A DNA stretch of 38,488 nucleotides from a virus (Duplodnaviria; Caudoviricetes), in IMG/VR virus record IMGVR_UViG_3300032218_002011, positions 1 to 38,488 of that record. One strand, written 5' to 3'. The notes under the pieces are model-generated. The model searched no databases and had not been told where the DNA came from. It saw only the letters and a program-made list of their open reading frames with translations. A program made the translations under genes and the position numbers. Of this stretch, positions 28,756 to 38,031 are shown one piece after another (the first letter of the stretch is position 1; the number at the start of each line of letters is the position of its first letter).

Positions 28756-29858
28756 TAGCAGAACCACACAGGTCAAAATTATATACTAGAGTTAAACACC
28801 TTTTAGGTGCTCCTCTAAGAAGTGTTGAATTAGAGGAAGAAATGATGGATTCATTACTTGAATTAGCTATTGGGGATTATTCACAATATATCCAAGATTG
28901 GTTAATCGAATCTCAATGGTCGGCATTACAAAACCTTAATTTAGACGAACAGTCATTAACAAGGGCTTTTGTTACAAGAAGTTTAGATTATGAGACAAGA
29001 TACTCTTACGCGTATTCTAAAATTGTAGGATTACAAGCTGGTGGGGATTGGGTGTTGAAAAAAGATTTCGTTACCTTAAAAAAGGGTGAACAATTATATG
29101 AAATCCCTAAAGGTAGGGAAATAAATGAATTGTTATGGTTTACGCCACCAACAATGAACAATGTTATGTTTGACCCATTCGCCTTTGGAGCAATGGGGGG
29201 ACCCGGACTTGGTGGTGTTGGAGGATTTTCTCAATTAGGTAATTCAGGGTCTTATACTATGATGCCGGCCTTTGATATGTTACTTAGAATGCAAGAAACA
29301 AATATTCAAAGACGTATTATTGGTGGAGATTTAACTTATCGAGTTACGGCTTTACCTGACGGTAAAAAGATGTTACATTTAATGAACACTCCTGGCGGTA
29401 AATGGGATTTTGGTAGTGCCAACTTTCACAACGGTAAGGTTTGGTATTGGTATTATGACGTTGACGGTGCAGATAGGGATGATTGTTTAAAAGCAAATCC
29501 TGATATTGTAAAATTACCATCAGACGTTCCATTAGACGAAATTTCTTGGTCAGAACTGAATAGTCCTGCTCAACAATGGGTTAGAAGATGGTTTATCGGA
29601 CTTTGTAAAGAAACTTTAGGTAGAGTTAGAGGGAAATATAGTGGGTCTTTAAAAACTCCCGATAGTGAGTTAACTATGGATTATCAAAGTTTACTAACTG
29701 AAGGTAAAGATGAAAGAGCAAAATTAGAGGAAGAATTAAAACTTCGTCTTGAAAGGATGAGACCTGAAAAAATGATGGAAAAAGAAGCGTTGACCGCTGA
29801 GAACTTAAATAAGGCGATGAAATTTAGAGCAATGCCAAGACAAATATATGTAATTTAA
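28746..29858 (+). CDS. Neck protein/head-tail adaptor (gp13-like)
   Basis: LLGAPLRSVEL and WVRRW....KETLG.VRGKYSG.....L....L..EG..E...LEEEL match the gp13 pattern. Confidence 0.72.
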   Translation: MGIIAEPHRSKLYTRVKHLLGAPLRSVELEEEMMDSLLELAIGDYSQYIQDWLIESQWSALQNLNLDEQSLTRAFVTRSLDYETRYSYAYSKIVGLQAGGDWVLKKDFVTLKKGEQLYEIPKGREINELLWFTPPTMNNVMFDPFAFGAMGGPGLGGVGGFSQLGNSGSYTMMPAFDMLLRMQETNIQRRIIGGDLTYRVTALPDGKKMLHLMNTPGGKWDFGSANFHNGKVWYWYYDVDGADRDDCLKANPDIVKLPSDVPLDEISWSELNSPAQQWVRRWFIGLCKETLGRVRGKYSGSLKTPDSELTMDYQSLLTEGKDERAKLEEELKLRLERMRPEKMMEKEALTAENLNKAMKFRAMPRQIYVI

Positions 29859-29861
29859 TTT

Positions 29862-30197
29862 ATGGCAATAATAAGAAGTACCCCATCTGAAAGAATAATA
29901 AATGGTAAATTAATCATATCTTCTGAAGTAGCGATTGTATCAGATGTTCAATTTAGGACAAGAGGTGAAGGGGTTGTTATTGTTAAAGGTGTCGACACTT
30001 GTAAGGTGATTATAGACCACTCAACAACTGACCATGTAACAATAAAAGCGTTGACTAAGGTTTTAATTCTACCAAGTAACGGTAGAATAGATGAAGAGTA
30101 TGATGAAATAGTGATAGATAAAGGAGCGTGTGTTGAATTTATATATAGTACAGGTAATTGGTACATTATGAGTTCAGACGGTTTAAAACAGTCATAA
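29862..30197 (+). CDS. Small beta-rich hypothetical protein (likely structural)
   Basis: 111 aa, ATG 3 nt after the neck gene, followed by a terminator. Confidence 0.7.
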   Translation: MAIIRSTPSERIINGKLIISSEVAIVSDVQFRTRGEGVVIVKGVDTCKVIIDHSTTDHVTIKALTKVLILPSNGRIDEEYDEIVIDKGACVEFIYSTGNWYIMSSDGLKQS

Positions 30198-30234
30198 AAA
30201 AAAGGAATATGTTAAAAATACATATTCCTTTTTT
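30198..30234. terminator. Bidirectional intrinsic terminator between convergent genes
   Basis: AAAAAAGGAATATGT-TAAAAAT-ACATATTCCTTTTTT, a perfect 15-bp inverted repeat. Confidence 0.85.
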
Positions 30235-30237
30235 AAT

Positions 30238-32949
30238 TTAATTAATGTGTTGTTCCCACCCCTCATCGGCTAATTCGTACATATACTCAGGGTCTAATCC
30301 TCTTTTACCCCAATATATCATTTCTTGTTCAGAAATTGCTAACACATCCTCTAATTTATCTTGTCCACCTTCTTCAAAAGGTTTACCGTTAATTAGTTCA
30401 CATTGTTCTTTAGTAAACAAACCACGTTTTTCAGGGTCCAAAACTAAAAGTCCATCTCTGATTTCATCTTTAAATACAACTAATAACGGTTCAATACGTT
30501 TGTTAAAGGTCGTCAATGCTCTAGGTACATTATACTCACCTGTTAAATCAGGGTTGTCCTCCAATTCTTTAGCGTTCAACATATAACAATTTAAAACAAC
30601 TCCATCACCCTTCTTTTGTACGTCTCCATGAGATGCTCTTAACCCATTATTCACATAAAAAATAACATCTCCTAGATTGATGTTTAATCCATGTTTAATG
30701 GCTAATTCCATATGAGCCATTTTACTCATAGACCCACCTGATTTAGTTTTTTGAGTACTTCTCGTTTGATAGTCATCTAACGAAAGTTTAACCTTCGCCC
30801 TCTGAGCAATTTGTTTTAACGGGATTTTTAAATCAAAAATTCTTTGTATATATTCGTAATACCACTCAACAAATTCTTGACCCTTACCCTCTAATAACAT
30901 TTTAACTCCTTTATCTAAAAACGCCTCAATATATAAGGGTAATTTTTTAGACTTAATGGTATTACCCGTTAACTTAACCTTACCTTTAGCATCCATAACC
31001 GCATAATTCTTACGTGCTAAGTTAATACAAGAAGGCCAAGTCCCATCAGTGTCTAACGCCATCTCACCTCTCATAAATAAATCGTTGAATTCTGCAACGT
31101 CTGCATCATCACCTGTATATTCTTTACCTTCTTTAACTTTCCAATTGTTACCTTTACCAACATATCTTCTACTTTCCCAATCTTGAGGTTTTGAGAAGTT
31201 GACACCATCGGTATCCATTACAAGAGGTGTATAACCACGTTTCATGAAGAATTTAATCATCATACGAAGATATTGTCTACCTGTACAAGTAATCTGTTCA
31301 CCCATATACATATCTCCCCAAGCAAACACCTGTGGAGCGGATAACGCCCCGAACATCGAGTTGATAAAAATTTTAATCGGTAATTGTTTACGGTCATAAG
31401 ATAATGATTTCTTAGGGTCGGTTTTTTCAAACTGACCTGCCAAATTTTTATATAAGATACGAGTATCACGGAAGTATTTTAACATTGCCTTCATACCTCC
31501 TGTAACGTCACATTCAGGAAACACATCGTGTACTAACTGAATTGATGGATATAGGGAACTAAAATCGAGTTTTAATACGTTAGTCGAATAACCTACTTTA
31601 AGTAATCTTGATAATCCTCCTACGAAGTCGGTCTTTTCTTGTTTTTTAGGGATTGCTAACTTGAATTTATATGACCATGCTAACATCAACATCTTCCATA
31701 ATGTTGCGGTACCCATAGTTGAAACTCTCTCATATGTGGTTGGTATCATAGACGCAAGTAGAAACGAACCTTGATTGAACTCGTCATCAACAATAAGAGT
31801 CTCTTCTAAGTCATCGTCAAGATATCTTTCAACAACATTATCCCCCGTAACTTTAATGTAAGTTCCGGGAAATCTAACATCTAAATTATCAAACTCAGGT
31901 TTGTCCGCTCTTTTGTATTTTCCATTAGTAACGTTTAACCAATACTCTTCCTTTTTGGCGTACATTGAACCAATATCAGTATGGTCAATATATACACGGT
32001 CCTTCGCCTCTGCATCAATATATTGGGTAATATATTTCAAACCCGCAGACTTGATACTTGAATTAATCGCTTGAGCCCTACGAACTGAGTGAATGATGTC
32101 GATGACATTATATCCCCAAATCGAAACTTGGTTGAATCTTTCAACCTCGTTAGCCAATTTTAACATATTTTCTCTTTGCGAAATAGTTCTTGCAGGGTTT
32201 AATGAACGACAAATCTTTTTAATATCTAAATTAAGTGCCTTACACCTTTCAAATATCCAAAACCAGTCAAAGTTTGCGGAATTATAACCACCAATAATAC
32301 TTGGCTTTAATTCGTCAATAATGTTAAAGAATTCTACTAACCCTTGTCTTTCCTGTTCTTCAGTTGCACACTCAATTACCTTTTGGTAACCCTTGTTAGT
32401 TTTTATTCCAATCATAAAGATACGACCATCCTTGGGTTCAAGTGAGGTCGTCTCCAAGTCAAATACAAGTCGAGTAACATCATTGTACTCCTCATATCCT
32501 TTAAATAATCTTTTTTCTCTTTGGATTAGGTATTGTTCTACAGGAGGTAGAATCATAATCAAGTCCTTTGCTCTATCGCTCCATGGGTCTAATCCACCAT
32601 CTCTAAAAAACTGGATTAGAGTACGATAACCTTTTAAGGATTTAACCATATATTTAAGACCTTGTTCCATTCTATCATCACCTCGAGTTTCTAACTTTTC
32701 GATAACAATACCGTATTTGGTCATATGTTCTTTTTGGGCCCCCTTTGAGTCTTGATAAAAATTCAAACCTCTTAAGTCTCCGACCCAAGCAAATGCAATA
32801 AAACTGTCTTTTTGGATTACTTTACCCTGTCCTGGGATTTCTTTGATTTTATAAACTGAATCTGATACGTAATCAAACTCTACTGCCACGATAAATTCTT
32901 CGGGGTCATTACCTTCAAGGAAGGTCTTAATTTCTTCTTGACTAATCAT
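30238..32949 (-). CDS. Family B DNA polymerase with 3'-5' exonuclease
   Basis: ExoI FDLETT, ExoII GYNSANFD, motif A DFSSLYPSI, motif B KIFINSMFG, motif C DTDG. ATG 32949 (MISQEE) has an A-rich leader and is preferred over 32997, which remains possible. Confidence 0.95.
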   Translation of the reverse strand: MISQEEIKTFLEGNDPEEFIVAVEFDYVSDSVYKIKEIPGQGKVIQKDSFIAFAWVGDLRGLNFYQDSKGAQKEHMTKYGIVIEKLETRGDDRMEQGLKYMVKSLKGYRTLIQFFRDGGLDPWSDRAKDLIMILPPVEQYLIQREKRLFKGYEEYNDVTRLVFDLETTSLEPKDGRIFMIGIKTNKGYQKVIECATEEQERQGLVEFFNIIDELKPSIIGGYNSANFDWFWIFERCKALNLDIKKICRSLNPARTISQRENMLKLANEVERFNQVSIWGYNVIDIIHSVRRAQAINSSIKSAGLKYITQYIDAEAKDRVYIDHTDIGSMYAKKEEYWLNVTNGKYKRADKPEFDNLDVRFPGTYIKVTGDNVVERYLDDDLEETLIVDDEFNQGSFLLASMIPTTYERVSTMGTATLWKMLMLAWSYKFKLAIPKKQEKTDFVGGLSRLLKVGYSTNVLKLDFSSLYPSIQLVHDVFPECDVTGGMKAMLKYFRDTRILYKNLAGQFEKTDPKKSLSYDRKQLPIKIFINSMFGALSAPQVFAWGDMYMGEQITCTGRQYLRMMIKFFMKRGYTPLVMDTDGVNFSKPQDWESRRYVGKGNNWKVKEGKEYTGDDADVAEFNDLFMRGEMALDTDGTWPSCINLARKNYAVMDAKGKVKLTGNTIKSKKLPLYIEAFLDKGVKMLLEGKGQEFVEWYYEYIQRIFDLKIPLKQIAQRAKVKLSLDDYQTRSTQKTKSGGSMSKMAHMELAIKHGLNINLGDVIFYVNNGLRASHGDVQKKGDGVVLNCYMLNAKELEDNPDLTGEYNVPRALTTFNKRIEPLLVVFKDEIRDGLLVLDPEKRGLFTKEQCELINGKPFEEGGQDKLEDVLAISEQEMIYWGKRGLDPEYMYELADEGWEQHIN

Positions 32950-33010
32950 TTTTCTATATTTTACGTGTGGTTCATTAGCTGCCGTAATATACGACATTTA
33001 CCTTACATTT

Positions 33011-33042
33011 ATAAATATAGAAAATTAAAAATCCTAAGTCAA
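33011..33042 (-). promoter_or_regulatory. Sigma70-type promoter for the polymerase, overlapping a TATTTAT motif
   Basis: Minus strand TTGACT-N17-TATATT(TAT). Confidence 0.65.
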
Positions 33043-33423
33043 TTAGCAACAAGGACTATCTGAAATAAAACTGTCTTGTACAGTTATGAATAATTGTTCT
33101 CTAATTGGAACGATTAAATCCCCCTGTTCGTTTTTTAACATAAATTGTCCTTCGTATCTACCAACTTTGTTGGTATCTCTCTTATTGAATGGGTAATAAA
33201 TATAATATTCTGTTGGGGTATTTGGGTCTATAAATGTTTTAGACACAAATCTTGCGGGTTTTGAGGTTATCTTTGGAATACCCGTTTCAACATCGACCAT
33301 AGAAAAAATAATGGAAGATGACTCTATCAAATCCATAAAATTATGATAATCACTTCTACCATCTTTAACCACTTGTAATTTCAGTAGTGGTAACGTTGCA
33401 TTTTTCTTAATGAAGAATTCCAT
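33043..33423 (-). CDS. BppU-like Ig-fold structural protein
   Basis: FFIKKN.TLP.L...IYY.F...DT...G.Y.GQF......LIVP....L.I.V pattern. Confidence 0.55.
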   Translation of the reverse strand: MEFFIKKNATLPLLKLQVVKDGRSDYHNFMDLIESSSIIFSMVDVETGIPKITSKPARFVSKTFIDPNTPTEYYIYYPFNKRDTNKVGRYEGQFMLKNEQGDLIVPIREQLFITVQDSFISDSPCC

Positions 33424-33450
33424 TTTTCTTTTTTATAATAAATACATCAA

Positions 33451-35133
33451 TTAAGATTCTTTTCTTAATTTACCATCATAAAAATCAAAACGATTGTGTT
33501 CTGTAGGGGTTAGTAATAACAATCCTGGAGATAATTTACCTTTTTTACATAATTGATACATATACGACATCCAAGTTTGTTCGTGAGGCCTTACCCATTT
33601 TTCAGTTAAAAACATTTTCTTATTACCATATTTACTAACTATTTGAGGCCAATTAGAATAATAAATTTCACCCGTAATAAATGGTAAACCATCTTGTATT
33701 AAGATATTTTTAAACTCTGTTTTTGGAGAATTAGGGTCGGTTCCGTTGATTGGTAATTTTGATTTTTCAGGAAAATATAACTCTCTAACATCTTGAGGTA
33801 CATTATACCAAGACCATTGAGTCGCATTATTCCCATAAAACTCTGTGAATGATAGTTTTAAAAAATCTAATTCATTTTTATGAATAATAGATATCGATTT
33901 TTTATATAAATTCTTCACATATCTGTTAAACCCATTCTTACAAACTTCACCTTCATTAGGATAGAAAAACATATCATCCTCAAAAAAGTAATAAAAATCA
34001 TGGTCCTCATCATTTGAGTGTTCTGCAACAAATTGTCTACCACCACAAATACCGATATTATTTTTTTTAATATGTTCAAACCCAAATTGTTCACAAAGTT
34101 CAACATATCTTTCAGTAGTATTTAAATCTGTAGAATTATTCAATAGATATTTTTTAGGTTTATTAATAAAGTCAGAATCGTAAGACATCATAGAGTTTAT
34201 TAATGTTTCAAATTGATTAGGACTATTGAAAGTGATTACATATAAACCAACATTTTCAGGGTTTAAAAAAGTTTTATCTTGTTTTAGTAAGTCTGTTGTA
34301 TATTTTTTTAACTCTTCAAAAAACGGCCAAACTAATCCACTACTCCCAACGTCGTACTTATGAATAATGTCAGAATGTCTATGGGCTAATATAGTAAATA
34401 AACATTCGTCAGCTCCCATTAACCCTTCGTTCAGAGTACTACTCATAACGTCATAATATAATGAGTTTATTTTATGAACAGTTTCTTTATTACCCCCAAA
34501 AAAACCTCCTCGAGAAATATTTTTAACAAAATCCACATTACAATATCTTGCCATAGATTTTCTTTCAAAACCATGAATTTCATCGTTAGACTCATAAGGA
34601 TATGTTAGGTGTATGAATTTATTATCATGTTTAATTACATAATTGTCTAAGTTATCTAAAACCATCTCTTTCTTAAAGTAACCTAGGTTAACTGTATTGG
34701 TTAATCCTCCATCCACCCAAAAGAAGTAATCACTTTTAAATGGGTCAACAATTGCAGAGTCATTTACCATAAACATTTTAGTGAACGTCATTGAATTATA
34801 ATATCTTAATTCTGCTTGTGGTGACTCTGATAACCATCCTGCAAATTTTCTCCAAGAATCATTAGTTCTAATTTCTTGTATTTTTTGAAAAAATGGATTC
34901 CACGTTTCAAAATCTTGAACATCTTTAAAAAAGATTTTAGTTGGTTTATCACCTCTAATTTCCAAAACTTCTTTCTCTAAGTCTTTAGGAATCCAAATAC
35001 ACATTTGATAATCGGACTCAAGTAATTCAAAAAAACGGTCTTTATAATGTTGGAAATCTCTTTTCCCCCATCCATTCATTTCACCACGACCTAAATCCCA
35101 AAGGCCTGTTACGATTGTTATATTTTTATTCAT
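33451..35133 (-). CDS. Two-domain glycosyltransferase (HtrL/WlaTC-like plus GT-A fold)
   Basis: IVTGLWDLGR, FFWVDGG, GGFFGG and ADE in the N-terminal half; NNS, NIGICGGRQ and FFEDDM in the C-terminal half. Confidence 0.72.
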   Translation of the reverse strand: MNKNITIVTGLWDLGRGEMNGWGKRDFQHYKDRFFELLESDYQMCIWIPKDLEKEVLEIRGDKPTKIFFKDVQDFETWNPFFQKIQEIRTNDSWRKFAGWLSESPQAELRYYNSMTFTKMFMVNDSAIVDPFKSDYFFWVDGGLTNTVNLGYFKKEMVLDNLDNYVIKHDNKFIHLTYPYESNDEIHGFERKSMARYCNVDFVKNISRGGFFGGNKETVHKINSLYYDVMSSTLNEGLMGADECLFTILAHRHSDIIHKYDVGSSGLVWPFFEELKKYTTDLLKQDKTFLNPENVGLYVITFNSPNQFETLINSMMSYDSDFINKPKKYLLNNSTDLNTTERYVELCEQFGFEHIKKNNIGICGGRQFVAEHSNDEDHDFYYFFEDDMFFYPNEGEVCKNGFNRYVKNLYKKSISIIHKNELDFLKLSFTEFYGNNATQWSWYNVPQDVRELYFPEKSKLPINGTDPNSPKTEFKNILIQDGLPFITGEIYYSNWPQIVSKYGNKKMFLTEKWVRPHEQTWMSYMYQLCKKGKLSPGLLLLTPTEHNRFDFYDGKLRKES

Positions 35134-35134
35134 G

Positions 35135-36715
35135 TTAAAAAGTTAGTTTACCTAAAACTCCCTCGTCAAAAACGACTTTATATGGTTTACCCTCAATCAA
35201 GATATTGATTAAAAGGAATTTTTTATGTTTATATGCCGGGTCCCCAAATATAGAATTATCAACATTAATTAAAATTTCATTATTTTTGAAATGTTGTTTA
35301 ACTTTTTCCGTCACATCTATTTGTAATAACGGAGTATCGTCAGGATATCCTTCATTTAGTTGGATACCTAGAGTTCCGTAATAAGAGGATTCAATCGTTA
35401 TAGGTTTACCCTTAATTAGATTATTGTTTTTGTAAATCTCAACAGGTAGTTGGGTGAAGTAAGGGTTAAAATTAAATTTAAAGAATTCGTGACTATTATG
35501 GTCTCTTCCTTGATTTAACCACGCCTCAAAATACCACCTGTCCCCAAATACGGGTTCTGAATTATTTCGAATAAACGATAAATTAGACCACCAAAAATTA
35601 CCCCAAAACCATCCTCCATTACAAGTTACCCCACAATTATCTTTACTGTCTAAAGTCTTTAAACATTCATTAAAGTTATCAATTAAAAAATACTCTAACA
35701 TTTCTCTCCAATAGGAAATACCTGAAACCTTCCAATCGTTAATCTCATTTGTCTTTAAATTTGTGTAAGTATTTGAAACACCTTTGGAGTGGAAGTAAAA
35801 TACTTGTCCGTCGTTTGTTTGAGATAAATCCCAAACTTTTTTAACCCCCCAATATTCAAAACTATTTCTATTTGTTTTGAATACGTTGATTTTATCCATC
35901 CCATCAAAAATTTGGTCAATACCCTCAAAATTTTCTTCAGTATCAACACAAGTGACCTCCATAATGTCACACCAATCATATAGACCTGATTCTCTTAATC
36001 TTTTAACTTGGGACTTAACAATTTCTTTATAATCTCCAACGCAATAAATGTGATAAACAATTGCTTTAATTTTTTTCTTATCTGAAGTCTTAATAGGAGA
36101 GAATTTCTCTCTAAAAATAATATCAATACTTCTATTTGGTGATGCCCCGTAGGAAAATGCGTGAAATATAAATCTATCTTTATTGTATGCTCGAGCATTA
36201 AAATCAAAATTATTAATGATTTTAAACTCTTTAGGTGAATTTAATTTATTGTGTAATAATCCAATACAAGTTTGGTCGTGCCATAACCCTTCTTTATATT
36301 GTGGAAATTCTTCACAGATATCCCACCAATCTCTAATAAATTTTTTGGAGAATTCGTCATTTTTTAACAACATAACTCCAGCATTAACTAATGAGGGTCC
36401 ATAATCTTCAGTCATTAAAATACTAAAGTCGTCAGTAATAAACTCTTCAATTTTACGAGAATTATTACAAAAAATCGCATCAATATCCATAAATAAGATA
36501 TAATCACAATTAGGATGAGTTAGGAATACCTCCTCAATTAAATGAGGTTTATACCAAGTCCAAGAACGAGAACCTATTTTGGTTTTTATTTTGTCACCGT
36601 TTTTTTCAACAAAGTATTCATAACCATTATCTTCACAATATTTTTGATTAATACTTTCTGAATATTTACCATATGAAACATTTGAGGTGTAAAATTGGCA
36701 TACTACTATTTTCAT
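35135..36715 (-). CDS. Multidomain glycosyltransferase (GT34-like, second GT-like domain, lectin-like tail)
   Basis: WYKP, LFMDIDA, VNAGVMLLKN, HDQ; then YFHSKG and GNFWW; C-terminal YYG..DVTE..VDN..FGDP....K.L.I. Confidence 0.72.
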   Translation of the reverse strand: MKIVVCQFYTSNVSYGKYSESINQKYCEDNGYEYFVEKNGDKIKTKIGSRSWTWYKPHLIEEVFLTHPNCDYILFMDIDAIFCNNSRKIEEFITDDFSILMTEDYGPSLVNAGVMLLKNDEFSKKFIRDWWDICEEFPQYKEGLWHDQTCIGLLHNKLNSPKEFKIINNFDFNARAYNKDRFIFHAFSYGASPNRSIDIIFREKFSPIKTSDKKKIKAIVYHIYCVGDYKEIVKSQVKRLRESGLYDWCDIMEVTCVDTEENFEGIDQIFDGMDKINVFKTNRNSFEYWGVKKVWDLSQTNDGQVFYFHSKGVSNTYTNLKTNEINDWKVSGISYWREMLEYFLIDNFNECLKTLDSKDNCGVTCNGGWFWGNFWWSNLSFIRNNSEPVFGDRWYFEAWLNQGRDHNSHEFFKFNFNPYFTQLPVEIYKNNNLIKGKPITIESSYYGTLGIQLNEGYPDDTPLLQIDVTEKVKQHFKNNEILINVDNSIFGDPAYKHKKFLLINILIEGKPYKVVFDEGVLGKLTF

Positions 36716-36718
36716 ATA

Positions 36719-37969
36719 TTATAAATTACCCGTAACTTTATCACACCAACCTTTAGATTCTGAGTGAGGCCATACAACCCAATATGACGGTTTATTTACT
36801 GTTTGAAATTCTCTCCATATTTTACAATATCCTTCAGGGTCCCTCATCATGTTTAAAATCTCTGATTTATCGGCGTCTTTTCTAAATAGAGTCTCATCAT
36901 TTTTATCGTGAAATGCGACAACCCAAAAATCGTAATCTTTTTCAGGAACACTTTTAAAATTTAAATCAATACAATGTTTGAAAACTGATGCAAAACTTTT
37001 TTTCCATTCTTCTTCGGTCTCGTAGTTATAAGTGTTTGGAGGATATTTTTTATCCAAAGTCTCTTGTTGTACCGCTCTCTTATTAAATAATAATCCAGCA
37101 TACTTTTCATAATCCTGTAAAGTTCTTTCGTCACCAAATCCAAATATACCAAATTCTTCAGGGTTATAAACCTCGCCATCCATACTAAACAATCTTCTAT
37201 TTTTAGAATGTGCCTTTGAGTTCTTTTCACCCCATGTCTTATCATCATCCCATTGTTTGGTCCTACCCTTACGAGTGTATTCGTGCCAAATAACAACTTT
37301 ATGAGGGTGAAATAAATCGTACCCGTGAGTATAAGCTCTAGCTCCTACAGATATTTCTTCTCCGTGAAAATAAAATTCAGGGTCATGTTGTACTTCCTTA
37401 GAAAATTGTCCTAATGTAAAACAAAAATGTGCCGAATAAAATCTTGATGGTACAGGTCCTGTTAAATTTTCCCAATTAGGAATTGTTTCAGGTAAAAAGA
37501 ACACCGCACCTTCGGGTATAAATCTATCAAATGACATTCTCCACGGAACATTAACTCTTCCTTTTGGGTCATTATCAGGGTCAAACGAGGAAACATATCC
37601 TGTTAATAAAGGTTTCTTATATCCTTTTTTCTGAAGACCCTTAATCATATCAATTAAAGTTTTATCCCAATTTTTTTCAAATCTCATATGAGAATCAATT
37701 TGTAGAGTGTATGTCTCATCTTGATATAATTGTTGTGTTAGGTGTCTTGCCCAACAAACCCCTTTAGATTCTTCATATGGGATATTTAAAATTCTAAACC
37801 TATCATCTGTTTCATATTCAGATAAGTCATCAAACTTATCTTCAGGATGATATTGTCTTGCAATTGAGAATACTAAGTTTTTAGGTGTTTTGGCATTATT
37901 AATCGCATCTTTAATGGTTGGTATTAGTTGTGGGTCTCTGTAAGATGCTATTTGAATAAAAATTTTCAT
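36719..37969 (-). CDS. GT60-like polypeptide alpha-GlcNAc transferase
   Basis: IFIQIASYRDP, GVCWAR, LQIDSHMRF..WD..LI, LLTGY, FYFHGEEI....R.YT.GYD and WH.Y motifs. Confidence 0.82.
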   Translation of the reverse strand: MKIFIQIASYRDPQLIPTIKDAINNAKTPKNLVFSIARQYHPEDKFDDLSEYETDDRFRILNIPYEESKGVCWARHLTQQLYQDETYTLQIDSHMRFEKNWDKTLIDMIKGLQKKGYKKPLLTGYVSSFDPDNDPKGRVNVPWRMSFDRFIPEGAVFFLPETIPNWENLTGPVPSRFYSAHFCFTLGQFSKEVQHDPEFYFHGEEISVGARAYTHGYDLFHPHKVVIWHEYTRKGRTKQWDDDKTWGEKNSKAHSKNRRLFSMDGEVYNPEEFGIFGFGDERTLQDYEKYAGLLFNKRAVQQETLDKKYPPNTYNYETEEEWKKSFASVFKHCIDLNFKSVPEKDYDFWVVAFHDKNDETLFRKDADKSEILNMMRDPEGYCKIWREFQTVNKPSYWVVWPHSESKGWCDKVTGNL

Positions 37970-38031
37970 ATGAGTTTAATTATTTATTCAAAAAATAATC
38001 AAATCCTTGACAATATAAATAAAAAACTTTT

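Noticed and set aside
30238-32949. Intein or intron in the polymerase or helicase
   Set aside because: Lengths are ordinary, motifs are contiguous, and no intein boundary or LAGLIDADG pattern was seen.
32969-33002. c-di-GMP-I riboswitch (GGTAAA...AACC resembles P1)
   Set aside because: No GNRA tetraloop and no P2 stem; kept only as a generic leader hairpin.
2155-37296. Short alternative-frame and antisense ORFs in the track (e.g. 2155-2397, 4733-4945, 12308-12619, 30245-30586, 36961-37296)
   Set aside because: They overlap well-supported genes and have no recognisable motifs; these are shadow ORFs.
33451-37969. Glycosyltransferases as a DNA hypermodification system
   Set aside because: No base-modifying enzymes are in the window and the families recognised act on proteins or glycans; disfavoured but not excluded.
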